A DNA stretch of 64,000 bases from Leucoraja ocellata (GCA_036785375.1 JAWMAR010000788.1:124001-188000), one strand, 5' to 3'; positions 1 to 14,738 are shown, counted from the first letter of the stretch. The notes: a model not told the origin generated them from the sequence alone. Translations and numbers: made by a program.

Positions 1-729
1 ATGTTTGGCTCATATCCCTCTCAACCATTCCTATCAATGAACCTGTCCAGGTGTCTTTTAAATGTTGTTATTGTACCTGCCTCAACCATGTCCTCTGGCA
101 ACACATTCCATCCTCTGTGTGAAAAAAAACGTGTAGTGCGTTTAGGTATGTGCAGCAGTGTTCAGGGAAAAACCCCAGCAAGCTCGGTGTAAATGAATCC
201 AATGCCAAGGATAACCTTAACATCTGATAGATGGTGTGGGAATGGGCAGATGAGGCAGTCGCTGGAGCTGGATGAGCAAGCATGTCGAGCACAGCACAAC
301 CTGAGGCAGCTGCACACAGCGAAAGGAACCAACAACATTATTTGGGGTTGACCGACCCCTACATCACCAATATCGCCACACTCTGGCCACTGGGCCTTAA
401 AGTGAGAAAGTAAAGAAACTCATATCGCTGAAGGCCAAGATCAGACTTGATATTTTCAGAGACTTGATGGATGCAAGATGGTACCTCAGCATGGCAACTC
501 TTTGCATGCGGCCCTAGATCTAGTATTATCCATTATAATCAATCCACAGTTTTGCTTGTGTATGATGTACTCATGTTATAATTTGACAGGAAAACACACA
601 AAATAAAGCGTTTTACAACATGTTAATAATAAGTTAAATTAAATTAAACCAAACCAATGTAAACTAAATTAAAAACAAACAGAACGGATCTGTGTAGATC
701 AGATGTGTGTAGATCAGATACTAGATCTG

Positions 730-890
730 TGAAGGAAGGTGCTGGTTTAAACTGAAGATTGACACAAAATGCTGGAGTAACTCAGCGGGACAGGCGTCTG
801 AAGAAAGGTCTCGACCAGAAATGTTATGCATTCCTTCCCTCCAGAGATGCTGCTTGTTCCTCTGAGTTACTCCAGCTTTTAGTGTCCATA
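730..890. mobile_element. Penelope-derived fold-back element
   Basis: Inverted arms GACACAAAATGCTGGAGTAACTCAG / CTGAGTTACTCCAGCTTTTAGTGTC around a degenerate CTGAAGA...GAAA motif. Confidence 0.7.
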
Positions 891-1189
891 CTAGGTCTGG
901 TTGCTTTGGACCTCTCTATGCTGGAGAGCTGTGGAGACTCGGACTTCGATTTCAAAACAAAAATTAATGTAACTATTAAATCAATAAAAGAAGAACAGTC
1001 CTGATCTTAAACATTGCCAATTCCATGTTCTCCAGACCTGCTGAGTTAATCCAGCACTTTGTGTCTTTTTTTTGTAAACCAGCATCTGCAGTTCCTTGCA
1101 GCTGGGAATCGATATATTTCTGGATATTAGAGGAATCATTGGACATCGGCAGAGGGCAGGAAGCCAGATTATTGCCCTTTCCCTATTAG

Positions 1190-1846
1190 GGGTAGCAGAG
1201 TGGTGCAGCTGTTGGAGCGACTGCCTCACCGTGCCAAAGACCTGGGTTCAATCCCCACCTCAGGTGCTGTCATAAGGTCATAAGTGATAGGAGTAGAATT
1301 AAGCCATTCGGCCCATCAAGTCTACTCTGCAATTCACTCATAGCTGACCTATCTCTCTCACTTAACCCCATTCCCCTGCCTTCTCCCCATAACCTCTGAC
1401 ACTTGTACAAATCAAAAATCTATCAATCGCTGCCTGAAAAATATCCACTGACTAGGTCTCTATACAGCCTTCTGTGGCAAGAAATTCAACAGATTCACCA
1501 CCCTAAAGAAATGTCTCCTCATCTCCTTCCTAAAAGAATGTCCTTTAATTCTAAGGCTATGACCTCTAGTCCTGGACTATCCCACTAGTGGAAACTGTCT
1601 GTGTGGAATTTGCATGTTCTTGCTTCGAGCATGTGGATTTCTTCCGGGCATTCCGGTTTCCTCCCAAATCCTAAAGACGTGCGGGTTTGTAGGTTCATTG
1701 GCCGCTGTAAATTGCCCCTAGTGCGTAAGGAGTGGATGCAAATGTGGGATAACATAGATACAGTGAATGGGTGACTAATGGTCAGCGTGGACTCAGTGGG
1801 CCAAAGGGCCTGTTTCCATGCCATACTATTAAAAATAGAACTAAAC
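1190..1846 (+). mobile_element. HE1-like V-SINE split by an antisense CR1 3' fragment (about 1272-1594)
   Basis: The SINE head ends at ...GGTGCTGTC and resumes CTGTCTGTGTGGAATTTGCATG after the CR1 insert. Confidence 0.75.
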
Positions 1847-2697
1847 ATGTGAGAGAGATTAAGTTGTAAGAATACAAAGAAATGAGAGGGGGAATGATTC
1901 TAATGGAAATTGCTGTGTTTAGAGTCTAGTGTGGACTTCAATAGCCTCCATCTGAGTGATAAATAAATTACCCCCAGGGAGAATGTGCCAACTCCACAAG
2001 GACAGCACCAGAGGTCAGGATTGAACACATGTTGCTGGAATTATAAGGCCACAGCCATAGTCGTGCCATCGTGGCATCCACATTCTAGGGCAACACTAAA
2101 GGTTGCCAGCCCTTCAGAATGGCAGAAAGGAGATGTACAGATCAGATCCACGTGGCCATATCTCAGGAAAAGTTAAGCTGGGCCAGAGAAAGAACAGAGA
2201 AAAAGAATGGATGGGGGAACAAGTGGCAGAAGAGTAGGTAGGCTGCAAGATAATAATCTAAAAAAGTTAACAGTAAAGAGCAATGATCGCGGTAGAAGAC
2301 AAGATAAAGTTAATAATATAAACACCCTGGGAACTGAAACGGTTATAGTCAGGAATACTAAAAAAAAATTAAAATAAAGCAGGTGTGAGGAAACTAAAAC
2401 ATTTTAAATTGTGCGAATGATAATATATTACAACCACAGTGTGAGAACTGCACTATCAGGGCATAGGGGGCAGCTTAGGTACTCTTTCCAAAATAAGGGT
2501 CCTGTATTGTACACATAGGAATTGCATGGGAATTAAACCAGCAAAGAGGCTTCAAATTGCTGAAATGCAATTGTTTTTTTAATGTGTTTTCTGAATGTAG
2601 CCATAGCAAAGCCAGCGGAATTACTGCCTTAAATGCACTGAAACTGCAGACGATGAGCTGAATTTGTAAATCCCTGGAGTCACTAAGTCTTTAAAAC

Positions 2698-2977
2698 TTT
2701 AGACATACAGCACGAAAGCAGACCCTTCAGCCTACCGAGTCCACACCAACCAGTGATCATTCCATACCAATACTATCCTACACACACTAGGACTAGGACA
2801 AGCTAATAAACTTATAAACCTGTACGTTTTTGGAGTGCGGGAGGAAACCGGAGCACCCAGCGGAATCCCACGCGGTCACAGGGAGAATGTACAAACTCCG
2901 TACATTCATAGTCAGGTTTGAACCTGGGTCTCTGGTGCTGTAGTGCAGCAGCTCTACTGCTACACCACTATGTTGCC
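2698..2977 (-). mobile_element. HE1-like V-SINE
   Basis: Reverse-complement V core (GGGAGGAAACCGGAGCACCC...GGGAGAATGTACAAACTCC). Confidence 0.8.
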
Positions 2978-3679
2978 ACTCAGCCCTTTAGCACAACTCA
3001 TGTCACCATACAGCCCTTTAGCATCCATGCTGACCAAATGCCCCATCCAAGCTGGTCCCATTTGCCTGGACCTGACCCATATTCCTCGAAATCTATTCAC
3101 GCACCTGTCCACATCATGAGGAAGGTATTCTCACGATGCTCCTGAGTAAAGTGTTTGTATTCAGACCCAGTAACATTAAAGGTCAGGCAACACATTTCCA
3201 GGTCAGGATGGCTTGGTAGAGGTTAAAAAGATAAAAGGAACAGGTGACGTTTCTGGTCGAGAACCATCTTCAGAAGAAGAAAACACCTATAACCTCTTGT
3301 CCTAGACCACCTTCTCCAGAGATGCTGTCTGATCTGCTGAGTTACTCCAGCTTTTTGTGTCTATCTTCAGTTTAAACCAGCATCTGCAGTTCCTTCCTAC
3401 ACATTACAAGATATTTAGTTAATTACATAAATGGGCAGGAAAAGGCAGTGGACAGAACTACGATATAGACGATGCAATGTGGAAACTATTTCAGATGCTG
3501 AAGTGACAAGGTAACTGGTGAAGCCTAACAGTGGACAGGGTGGACTCAGTGGCCTCAAGTACAGAGACATACAAAGCCAATGTCATTGTCTTCACAATGC
3601 ACAAATGGAGTCAATTATCACTTTGTTCAGTATTTGATATCAGATAAGGTCACAGGTGGACAATGTGGTCAAGACGTCT

Positions 3680-4010
3680 TTTGGTTCATTGGCTTTCATC
3701 AGTCAGGTATTGAGTATAAAAGTTGGGATGTAATGTTACAGTTGTGCAAGATGTTGGCAAGGCCACAATTGGAGTATTATGTACTGTTTTGGTCATACTG
3801 CTGTTGGGGAGGATGCTGTTAAGTTGGAAAGGGTACACAGAAGTTTTACGAGGACATTGCCAGGGCTTGAGGGCCTGAACATTTTCCACACAGAGGGTGG
3901 CGGGTATATTGAATGAGCTGCCAGAGGAGTTAGTTGAAACAGGTACCATAACAGCATTTAAAAAACCTTTGGACAGGTACATGGATAGGAAAGGTTAAGA
4001 CGGATATCAT
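3680..4010 (+). mobile_element. CR1/HER1 LINE ORF2 3' fragment
   Basis: IEYKSWDVMLQL.K.L.RPQLEY..LFWS, a CR1 RT C-terminal motif. Confidence 0.8.
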
Positions 4011-4961
4011 TCAAACCTGTTTGGGATACTATTCTATTCTGATTGAAACCTGCTTCTATTCAACCTGCTTGGTTCTGTTTGAAAATTGCAATTCCCATTT
4101 CATACCTTTGAACAACAAGCATTCAATATGTAATTCTAATCCACAGTGTTACCTGGCACTCACATTGCTCCAGCCAACAGAGCACAATGGAATCAAAAAG
4201 TAAACATAAAGCCTTATTCTAAATTATAGAACTTTTTAAATGCACAGAGGCGTGCAAAGGGGCAAGGTGCTTTTCGACAATGCAAACTCTGTTGCCTATG
4301 TTGGTTAGGTTACAGGTCAGTGCTGAGGTTCAGTGAAGTGCAACAGATCACAACATCCGACAAATAGTGATGACAGAAAAGCTGCCTAAATTCTCACAGA
4401 AACAATGTCCTCCTTTTGATGGTCTAGACAGGGAAACCTGACAGCAAGGTGTATCAAGGGCAATTAAAGTCCCCACTGGGGCAGCAGATACTGGTCATTG
4501 CTGCAAAATTCAACGGTGAGATGTAAAACATTCAGTGCCACATTGGAGGCTTCAACACTGATATCTGCAATGCTTAGAACAACTACAGTATTTCCACATA
4601 TATGTCGATCATCCTTCTGAGAGCAGAGCAGGAAACTTGCATGATCAGAGTCATAAAGAATCATGAAAGGATCGGAAGGGGATCAAGGACTTCAGGATTC
4701 TGGAGGAGCAAGTTGATGAGGTACAGGATTAGCCATAACCTTGTTGACCAGTGGATCAGGTTCAAGGGTTGAGAGGGCCTGCTCATACTTCCACAAGCAA
4801 CACTTCTCCACAGAGTCAGAAAGTCTATACTTTCCCACTGGGACAAAGGCATGCACAAAATCAGAAGGCCCACTCCTCATCTGTAATTTTAATATTTAAA
4901 TATGTTTATTGATAATTTATTCCAGTTTCAACATTTCGGCAAATGGATAGTAAGTAAGGAG

Positions 4962-5049
4962 GGGTCTCGACCCAAAACGTCACCCATTCCTTCTCTCCAG
5001 AATTGCTGCCTGTCCCACCAAGTTACTCCAGATTTTGGTGTCTGTCTTC
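4962..5049 (+). mobile_element. Penelope-derived short element with a 13-bp TSD
   Basis: GGGTCTCGACCCAAAACGTCACC; TSD AGTAAGTAAGGAG at 4949-61 and 5050-62. Confidence 0.7.
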
Positions 5050-5849
5050 AGTAAGTAAGGAGCAATCTGAAAGAAAAGCAGAGACTGCTGCAAATACACG
5101 CAAGTCAGTCAGAGTGAAGAATGTAAGTGTGGTGCGTATTGTGAAAGAAAGGCTTCCTATCTGAAAAACCGAAACAAATTCTTGCTATTTTTAACATTTT
5201 AACATTTTTTCTTCCTCCCAGGGAAGTCATCAATTTTCCTTGGAACGTTCTTTCATTTTGTGGATTTAGAACATTCTTTCAAGATTTTGCACATGCCCAC
5301 AGGAAAATAGGTCTGTAAAAGACATCCTGATATGTTATAAGGTCATAAGTGATAGGAGTAAAATTAGCCATTCGGCCCATCAAGTCTACTCTGCCATTCA
5401 ATCATGGCTGAACTATATCTCCCTCCTAACCGTATTCTCCTGCCTTCCCCCCATAAAACTTGACACCCGACTGAAATTTGTGCGGTGTAAGTGCGAGGCT
5501 TTTCTCCTCTGGTAGGTCCAGACTGATTTTACATTGCAATACTAGACTCTGTTGCAAATGCCAGGAAAACTTTACAGAGCTTTGGCACATCACACCAATG
5601 GACCAGGCAACAGCTCATAATAATTGTAACAACATAATGTGCAGCAAATCTGTGAAATAGCTAAGTGCACTGTCTCACAATAGTCAGCAATATAATTGTC
5701 TATTTCTCAACTAGCCTGGGCATGAAAGAGTGAGACACAATGTTTTATTTCTTTTTGGAAATGTAAAGGGAACAAAATTGTGGCCATGCGCATCCATTTG
5801 CAAACTAACTTGTCAATACTCTCAATTGCATTGAATTAATTTGAAATGA

Positions 5850-6520
5850 AAGATATAGCATGGAAAAAGAACCTTTGGCCCACTGAGCCCAGGCCAACCA
5901 CCGATCACATGTCCTCTCTAGTTCTATGTTACCCCCACATTTCCATATGTCTTCACACACTAGCGGCTATTTACAGAGGCCAATTAATCATTCAAACTCA
6001 CGTCTTTGAAACATATAAGATTATTAAGGGCGTGGACACGCTAGAGGCAGGAAACATGTTCCCGATGTTGAGGGAGTCCAGAACCAGGAGCCACAGTTTA
6101 AGAATAGTGGTAAGCCATTTAGAATGGAGAGGAGGAAACACTTTTTCTCACATAGAGTGGTGAGTCAGTGGAATTCTCTGCCTCAGAGGGCGGTGGAGGC
6201 AGGTTTTCTGGATGCTTTCAAGAGAGAGCTAGATAGGGCTCTTAAAATAGCGGAATCAGGGGATATGTGGAGAAGGCAGGAACGGGGTACTGATTGGGGA
6301 TGATCAGCCATGATCACATTGAATGGCGGTGCTGACTCGAAGGGCCAAATCGCCTACTCCTGCACCTATTGTCCATTGAGCAAAGAAACTGAAGCACCCA
6401 GAGCAAACTCACACAGTCACAGGGAGAACATGCAAACTCCATACAGACAGCAATCGAGGGCAGGATTGAATTTAGGTGTCTGCCGCTAGGAGGCAGGAGG
6501 TCCACCAGCTGTGCCACTGT
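5850..6520 (-). mobile_element. HE1-like SINE interrupted by a CR1 3' end (about 6008-6375, + strand)
   Basis: SINE tail at 5850-6007 and head at 6380-6520 flank a CR1 ORF2 end (ETYKIIKG...TRSHSLRI) plus its 3'UTR. Confidence 0.75.
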
Positions 6521-6919
6521 ATCAAGTAGATCAACAACACACTCGGTCACAATATTTCAAGAGTCACTGTGACCTACCCTGAATGACTGCCTGTAACTTT
6601 GCAGCAACACATGTTTTGGGCAATCTCCACATCACAACATGTTTGGACATGACGACTAAGATTACTGCATAATCATACGCCAGGGACAGGAATAACCAAC
6701 AATGGAAGACAGTCACGCTATCAATGACCTTCACAGTTACACATAATGACTATTACACATCTGTGAGTTTAGAGGTTAAATGTGAGCGCCCATCAGAAGT
6801 CATCACACTGGAGCCCATCCACAGTCTTTTTTTGCTGGAAAAAAACAGCAAGAAGGGGAAGAAGGTGTCCATCCACCAAGGGGGGAAGTAAATGACTGCG
6901 TATATAAATATCGAGTATA

Positions 6920-7260
6920 TAAAATGATGAGAGGCATAGATAGGGTGGACAGTCAGAATCTTTTTCCTGGGATGGAAAAACCAAATACTAGAGGGCATAG
7001 CTTAAAGAGGAGAGGGGCAAAGTTTAAAAGAGATGTGCTGAGCAAGTTTTTTTTTTTTACACACTGGGCAGTGAGTGCCTGAAATGTACTACCGAGGGAG
7101 GTGGTTGAAGCAAAATTATTAAACCACTAATTAAATATTAGCGGTATTAAAAAAACATTTCGACAGGCACATGGATATGCAGGGAATTAAGGGATAAGGG
7201 TTGTGTCCAGTAAATAAGTGATGGCCAGCATCAAGTTTGGCACTGACATTGTGGGAGTAG
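6920..7260 (+). mobile_element. CR1/HER1 LINE 3' fragment
   Basis: YKMMRGIDRVD...TRGHSLK motif and 3'UTR. Confidence 0.78.
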
Positions 7261-9782
7261 GACATTCTTTAACTGGGGAGAAACATCACAAAGCCAAGAA
7301 ATACACAGGCTGGGCATCTATATGCAGACTGGGTCTATTGCAGAAGTGAATCAGTGAATCAATAATTAGTTGAGGGAAGTGAGAAATCTGTGGAGGAAAT
7401 TGAAGGTGACGTTTGGGGTCAGAACCATTCTTTAGGGTTTGACGAAGGATCCTGACCTGAAATCTCATCTGTCCATTCCCTCCACGGACGTTGCCTGACC
7501 CAATGGTTTCCTCCAAGACCGTGTGTTTTACTCAAGATTCCCAACATCTGAAGTTATTTGTATCTCCATCTATTGGCACAAGTCAACTGTAACACACTAA
7601 ATAATAAACATTCTGAAGAGGCTCCGTCAAAATTACTAAATCAAAATTACTAAATCAATTTCTCCATACACAAATCCAGCTAGCTAGATATATTTGTTTA
7701 AATTGTGTTTTATTCCCCAAACAGCGAATAAATGGAACTATATCAAATGGGAGCTTACTTGTGGTGGAGCTGTGCATTATTTCCTGTAAAAAGAAACTAC
7801 ACTTCAAAAGGGCTTGAATGGCCTTGAAGCACTTTGTAACATCTGGACGAAGATGAAAGACTTCATATTGACACAAGGCCTTCCTTTATTACAGTAAGAC
7901 ACTTTACAAGCTTAATGTGGCCAATACTGACCCCCAAAAGGTTGCAAATGTCTGGCTTGCTGCACCTGACCCAAGAACATGTCAACTTGATGCGTGACAA
8001 GAGGATAAGTAGAACCGCAGGAGGTGGTGACTGAAGATCTTGGGAACAAAGAAGTTGCCAAAAGAAAATATATAAACAGGCTGAATGAGCAGCCAATTAT
8101 TAAAATATAATCTGAGCAGTCTGAAGAACTGTTCCAACCCGAAAAATCATCTATCCATGTTCTCCTGGATCGCAGCCTGACCCACAAAATTACTCCAGAA
8201 CTTTGTCTGTTTTTTAATTAAAATATTTGATTAATTCCAGGTGCTTCAAAAGAATTATGTTTAATATTACACATATTTTTAAAATTAACAATCTTATACC
8301 AAAGTACACTATTTACATTCAAAAAAAATGTTCTTGAAACTTCATTTTGTTTCTTTAATTTCCTGAAAGCAAATTTCTTTTATTTAAGAATCTGAGATTT
8401 TTTTATTTAGTTTAGAGATATAGCATGGACACAGGTACTTTGACCCACCGAGTCCATTCACACGATTTCTATGTTATCCCACTTTCCCAACCATTCCCTA
8501 CACATTAAGGGACATTTTACATAGGCCAATTAATCTACAATACACACATCTTTGGGATGTGAGAGGAAACATTAGCATCTGGTGGTAAACCCATGTAGTC
8601 ACAGGGAGTACGCACAACCTCCACTCACACAGCCACTGAGGTCAGGATCCAATCTGAAAAGCCAAGAATCAGAATGCAATTGGTTTGAAAATGCTGGAAA
8701 ATTAGGTAGGTACCTGATGGTTCTTGTGCTTTGGACATGGTGGACCAAAGGAACTGCTTTTTTTGCTGCATGACTATACAATCCTATATACTGGGCAGAT
8801 CTCTTACCCACAATGAGATCTTTGTCCTCACTAAGACCTCTGATCTCCAAATACAATCTCACGTGTGCCCTGACAGGTTTGTTTTATTTAAGAATAATGA
8901 CGCATTAGGATGTTCAACTACACACTCAAGGAGAGAAGACATTATCTACCTAAACCCATTGCAGCAGGTATGGGTATTGCCCTGCATTGCGTTCATTCAG
9001 ATACTACACTCATGGTAGTATATTGGTGCAGCAGTTAGTATGGATACATCATGGACTTCAGGGGTTTCGGGTTGGAACTTGACTGTGAGGAGTTTGTCAG
9101 ATTCCCCATGTGGCTGTGTGGGGTTGCCCCCTAATGCTCCAGCGAACACCTCCATGTGTCAAAGACCTACATGGCAGGTTAACTAACTACTGCAGGCTAA
9201 CACCAAAAAGAATCAAAGAGAATCCGAGTTGCAGGTGTGCAGAAATGGAAGAGAGAATGGGACTAGTGTGATTGCTTCCCTGGAGGTCAGAATAGACCTG
9301 ATGGGCCAATGACGTCAAATAAGACGTTCTTGCAAAGCGATGTTTAATGCTGACACAAGATGAATTGTTGTAGGTGACACAGCCAGGAGCCATCTTTCTG
9401 GCCATACCACTAAAAAGGCAGCATTGTTCAGCCAACAGGGAGAGCGGCCAATGAATGGAATAGATGTAGGTTTCAAGGTCAATTTATTGTCACATGTACC
9501 AATTAAGGTACAGTGAAATTAGAGTTATGAAATGGGAGAGCATCAGAGCACAAACCAGCTGTAGCCATAAAAGACCTCCATGGACCCCATGCACAAAGAA
9601 CACATGTTGTGTGGGTGGTGTGCTACACCGCCCCTCCAGGTTTCTGTGACCAGTGGGGCCACTATCCCATAATTGCAATAACCACTCCATTCATTAGCTG
9701 CACTCCCTGTGGACAGAACAATGTTGCCTTTCTCATGGTTTGCCCAGAAAGTTCACACCTGCTGTGTCACTTTATCACAATT

Positions 9783-10082
9783 GGGCAGCACAGTGGTAGA
9801 ACTGTTGCCTCGCATCACTAGAGACCCAGGTTGGATTCTGACCTCAGCTGCTGTCCGTGTGGACTTTGCATGGGTTTCTGGTTGCTCCGGTTTCCACCCA
9901 CATCCTACAGAAGTGTGTGTTTGTAGGTTAATTGGCCTCTGTAAAATTGCCTGACATGTGTTGGGATTGGAAGAGAAAGCGGGATGGCATAAAACGAGTG
10001 TGAATGGGTAATCTATGGTCAGCTTGGAATTGATGGGCCAAAGGGCCTGCTTCCTTGCTGGACTCTAAACTAAAAACTAAAC
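9783..10082 (+). mobile_element. HE1-like V-SINE
   Basis: Head, V core and CTAAA tail. Confidence 0.78.
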
Positions 10083-11201
10083 CAATTCATCTTGCATAAC
10101 CAGCAAACACTGCTGAAACCAATAATGTGAGTTTGTGCCCATTATTACATGGGGAATTGTAACCCAATGATATTCATGGGAACTTCACATTTGAAATTCT
10201 CTCTCTCTCTGGCCTACAATGCTGCTTTAACACCCAATGAACAAGCGTGGATCAATTACAGGGTTTACATGTCCTCAACGACAGATACAGTTTAATGTAT
10301 TTTCCTAATTAAAGTACTCTGACAACACATCATTCCCTCAGTGTTGTACTGATGTGCCCACTTAACATTTGGGTTCAAGGTCTGAAGTATAGCTTAAATT
10401 CACGACCTTCTGACTGAAAGGCAGGAAACACTTATCTATTTTGAGTTCTATAAGCATTGACAATCATCTGGTAAATTGGGTAAGCAGGCATTTGAAATAG
10501 TTGCCATGTTGTAAAAAAAAGTGCAAATTACTAAAACCTATGATTGATAGAAACATCCAGGGCTATGGGACCGAGAGCGAATAACTTACTAAAAGATTCC
10601 TCCTTGAGCCAAGTTTGAATTTTACATGGCATTTCCTATCCTTCAGGCATTTTCATGAAGGTTTTATAGACCATCCGTGCTTAAACTTTAAGCCAAACTC
10701 CCATGAATTGATATTATCTGTAAAAATGCTAAATCTGTCTATAATCTGCATTGCAAGTGATATAGAAAATTATTTGATCAAAACAGGGTAAAATTGAGTG
10801 CAAAATTTACTTGGAATCAAAATTCACATGGAAGCTCAGCAAACAAGTTAATACTCAGAACGGACCAAGGTGTGAAGTCAGCCAAGTCTGGAGAACTCTA
10901 GGGTATTGTTGATAATAAACAAGTCTGGCTCACTCATCATGTCCATCATGGTGGGCTGAGATTTTCCCCTCACTCAGCTACTCATATTCCCCTGGCCAAG
11001 CTCCCACAGGGAAGGTGGTCCTGGCAGAGATTTTCCATTGCTTCCTGGTAAGGAAACTGTATGGATTACTTGGCTGAACTGAGGCAAGAAAAACATTTTC
11101 TTTTAGATTTTTTTTCTTTGCTTACACAGAATGGAAATAAGCCATTCAGCACACCAAGTCATCCGGCCATTCCCCTCACAGATGCTGCATGACCCTCCAG
11201 C

Positions 11202-11336
11202 CATTTGTCTAAAGTCTGAAGAAGGGTCTTGCCCTAAAACGTCACCCGTTCCTTCTGTCCATAGATACTGCCTGAGTTACTCCAGCATTTTGTGTCTATC
11301 TTCGGTGTAAACCAACGTCTGCAGTTCCTTCTTACA
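11202..11336 (+). mobile_element. Penelope-derived short element with a 14-bp TSD
   Basis: CTGAAGAAGGGTCTTGCCCTAAAACGTC motif; TSD CATGACCCTCCAGC at 11188-201 and 11337-50. Confidence 0.75.
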
Positions 11337-13066
11337 CATGACCCTCCAGCAGGTTAATTTAAGTCACCTGTCCATTCCCTCCAAAGATGCTGCCTTAAGG
11401 ACTGAATTCCTCCAGCACATTGTGCTTTGCACTAGAATTAAAGTTGTCTTTGTCCTGATTAGTTCACACTGGAAGGTGCAAAGAAATTGGAGGATATGCA
11501 GCTCAGGAGTTTGGAATAGAGGAGACAGCTGGTCACCTCACTGAGTGCACTCCACCATTCAGCATCTCTTGAAGCTCTCACCTACAAATATTAATTTATT
11601 TTCATTGTTTAGTTCAGAAATTAGACAATGGAATATTTCTGTATTCTGCCTAAGTTCATTCCCTCAATCTTTATTTACTGATAGTAATATACATAAATTC
11701 ATACATGCAGATAACTGGCCCTAAATTACATAGAATCTTAGAATTATGCAACACAGAAACAGGTCCTTCGGCCAAACTCTCCATGTTGACCAAGGTATCT
11801 ATCTGAGCAAGTCCCATGGTGCGCTTGGCCCATATCCCCGTAAACCTTTCCTATCCACGAACCTGTCCAAATGTGTGCTAAAAGTAGTAAATATATCCAT
11901 CTCCGCAACTTTCTCTGGCAGCTTGTTGCTTATAACTACGTGAAAACCTTCCCTCTCAGGTCCCTTATAAAGTTTCCCCTCTCAGTTTAAATCTACCATT
12001 GGTAATGGAGGAGCTGAAAGTGTATTCAATTGTACTTTATGCAAGAAAAGATGCTCGATTTAAAGGACAAAATCTGTCACACTTTTGCTTTGTGTTTGTT
12101 GCGAATAGCCAATTAAAAAATTTAAAAATATACTTTATTCGAGGAATAAATATATCCAATACATGATTCTTACACGACTCCATCCGACATTCTCGAAGGC
12201 AATACATACATTGAATAGTGTTTACACATATTACACAAATATACAAATGTAACACATATTTACTTTTCAACCATTTTCACTAAATGTTGCTTGCTAAACC
12301 TTCCTCAGGCCTCACTTTTGTTCTGTGCCACTGCCCCACCTAGAGGGTGGCTCAAGTCTCCTTTGTTAACAGGCAGCTGGCCGTGGGCTAATGAAGCTGT
12401 GTGTGCTTCAACCTTCATCACTCTTTTGTTAAGAGTCTGCTTAAGATCAGGGGATTTCATAAGCAGGAAGGCACAGCGCAATCTAGAGAAAGGAAACAAT
12501 GTGCACTAAACTACATCCTACCTGGTGTACCCTCCCCCCACCACCTCCCCCTCCTGCTTAAGTTGCTGATAGTATTGCCTGTTACTCTGATGTTGATAAC
12601 AATGAAACCACTGGTGCCTGGGCAAGGGTCACAACGATCGCATAGTATAGGGTTTGTGCTCCCTGGTGCGTGCCGGCATTGTTTTGGAGAGCAGGGAGTG
12701 TCAAGCAAGGGTGTGCCAGTCCAACGTACCTGGAGTACTGCAGTCGTGTTACAGTAGATTAGAGATTGATAAAGACCTGTTAGTGGATTCTACTTCGGAT
12801 TTGCCGCATTGTTGTAAACTTAATGAGAATGGTAAAGCAATCCCAGTCTCAGCTCATACCAGTAACAGAGCGCACACACGCACACACACACATGGGAGAA
12901 AGTATACAACTCCACCAACAGAGTGCTTTATTTTCACCAGGAAAACGGAAGGAACAGATATCATGACTTCACGTGAAAGATTCAAGAAATTTGTCCTTTC
13001 TAAGATTCATTGGTTGGATCATGGCACGAGGGATTGTCTTTGATCCATTTATTGAAAGATGCAGAT

Positions 13067-13334
13067 TGAAAATGGCCCTTGGGACCATTGAGTTCACACC
13101 GACCCGTGATCACCCACTTTCTCATCCACTCCCTACATAATGTCGGTGTACATATGGAGGCCAATTAACCTCTAAACCCACATCACTGGAATGTGGGAGG
13201 AAACCGGAGCAACTGGAGGAAACCCAAGCAGTCACAGGGAGAAGGTACAAATCCCACACAGACAGTGCCCGAGGTCAGGATTGAACCCAGGTCTCTGGCG
13301 CTGTGAGGCAGTAACTCTACCAGCTGTGCCACCA
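13067..13334 (-). mobile_element. HE1-like V-SINE
   Basis: Reverse-complement V core and B box. Confidence 0.78.
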
Positions 13335-14140
13335 GGAGTGATGAGCAAGATAGGCCACCTCGCTCTGGTGTATAGAAGAACAAAAGGCAATTTCAAGAAA
13401 GTTAAGATTTGGAGATCAACTGAGAGGGGAGATGGCAAGGTTCTTCACTGGGCTGGAACATCACAGCAACGGTGCATGGCGTTAGGAGAATAGTAGACAG
13501 TTTCAGTATGTATTTTTTACCCAGGATTAAAAATCTCGAACAATTCTCCAACAAAGTGAGATAACATAGAACCAATGCGATTGACGGTTGGCGTGGACTC
13601 GGTGGGCCGAAGAAACTGTTTCCATGTGGTATCTCTCAACTAAACTAAAACTAAATTCTGAGGAATGTCTGCCTTGCCCCAGGAATCTCCAGTCTGCCAA
13701 CTGTAAACTAGACCTGGTGCACCGCCTGTAAATACTTATTCCCTTTCTGCCTTGTTGAACGTGCATTGCCTGAAGTGGTTGACCCCTTTTAACCAGTCTC
13801 AAGTTAGTCACAAACACAAAGGCAAAGCCAAGTTGGAGGCAGTGCTGGGAAACTGACTGAAGAATGTTAGCCTTTTGCCCCTCAGCCTGAGACAGGACGT
13901 TCTTCTGCTTTGAGTGACTACTTCCATACTTCCCACCAGACAGAATGTTTACTGAAAACAGTATCTTTTTTGTTGCTTCATAAGGGCCACATTCAGGATC
14001 CATACCCAGGCGAGACGACTGAATCCCTTCCCTCAATTGTCTGGGCTCTGTGCCGTCCCTGGAGCTGACCCACTGCACCGAGAACAAATAGAAATATAAA
14101 GTAAGGCATGAAGTAACTGAAAGGCAAGGGTTTGTGTCAA

Positions 14141-14159
14141 GTGTGTGTGTGTGTGTGTG
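14141..14159. repeat. (TG)n microsatellite
   Basis: Direct reading. Confidence 0.85.
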
Positions 14160-14434
14160 CGCTTATGCATGTAAATGTACAGTAACTTCATTGATGCCCT
14201 ATGGTGATACATATTTTATCCTCCAGCACAGGGAAGTGGTGAAAAGGATTGAAGATTAAACATGAGTTAATCTGCTGACAAACTGCCCGCATCTGGTTTT
14301 AAGGGCGGGTAATCAGTATCATGAATCAATCGTCACCCTGACGATAAGGGCAGAAAGGCACCTCTACTGGAGCGAAGAGGGCCAAGAAAACAGGTCCAAC
14401 TATGATCGCCTATCAAAGCCATAACTATACAGTT

Positions 14435-14738
14435 GGGGCGGCATGGTGGCACAGCGGTAGAGATACTGCCTTACAGCCCACAGACCCGGGTTCGATCCTG
14501 ACTACGGTTCTGTCAGGACGGAGTTTGTACGTTCTCCCCGTGACCGCGTGGGTTTTCCCAGGGTTCTCCGGTTTCCTCCCACATTCCAAAGAAGTACAGG
14601 TTTGTACGTTAATTGACTTGGTAAAGATTGTAAATTGTCCCTAGTGTGTAGGATAGTGTTAGTGTATGGGGATCGCTGGTCGGCACGGACTTGGTGGGCC
14701 GAAGGGCCTGTTTTCGCAATGTATCTCTGAACTAAACC
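14435..14738 (+). mobile_element. HE1-like V-SINE (tRNA-derived head, V core, CR1-derived tail)
   Basis: A box TGGCACAGCGG, B box GGTTCGATCC, V-domain GGAGTTTGTACGTTCTCCCCGTGACC...CCGGTTTCCTCCCAC, CTAAAC tail. Confidence 0.88.

Noticed and set aside
12335-12351. CTCF-like CCACCTAGAGGGTGGC
   Set aside because: Spacing does not fit the core consensus.
13527-14087. 186-aa ORF on the - strand
   Set aside because: No recognisable domain, runs into a SINE tail, and has no supporting splice structure.
14435-14500. tRNA-like A/B-box heads at many SINE copies
   Set aside because: No complete cloverleaf; each is followed by a V-SINE core and tail.
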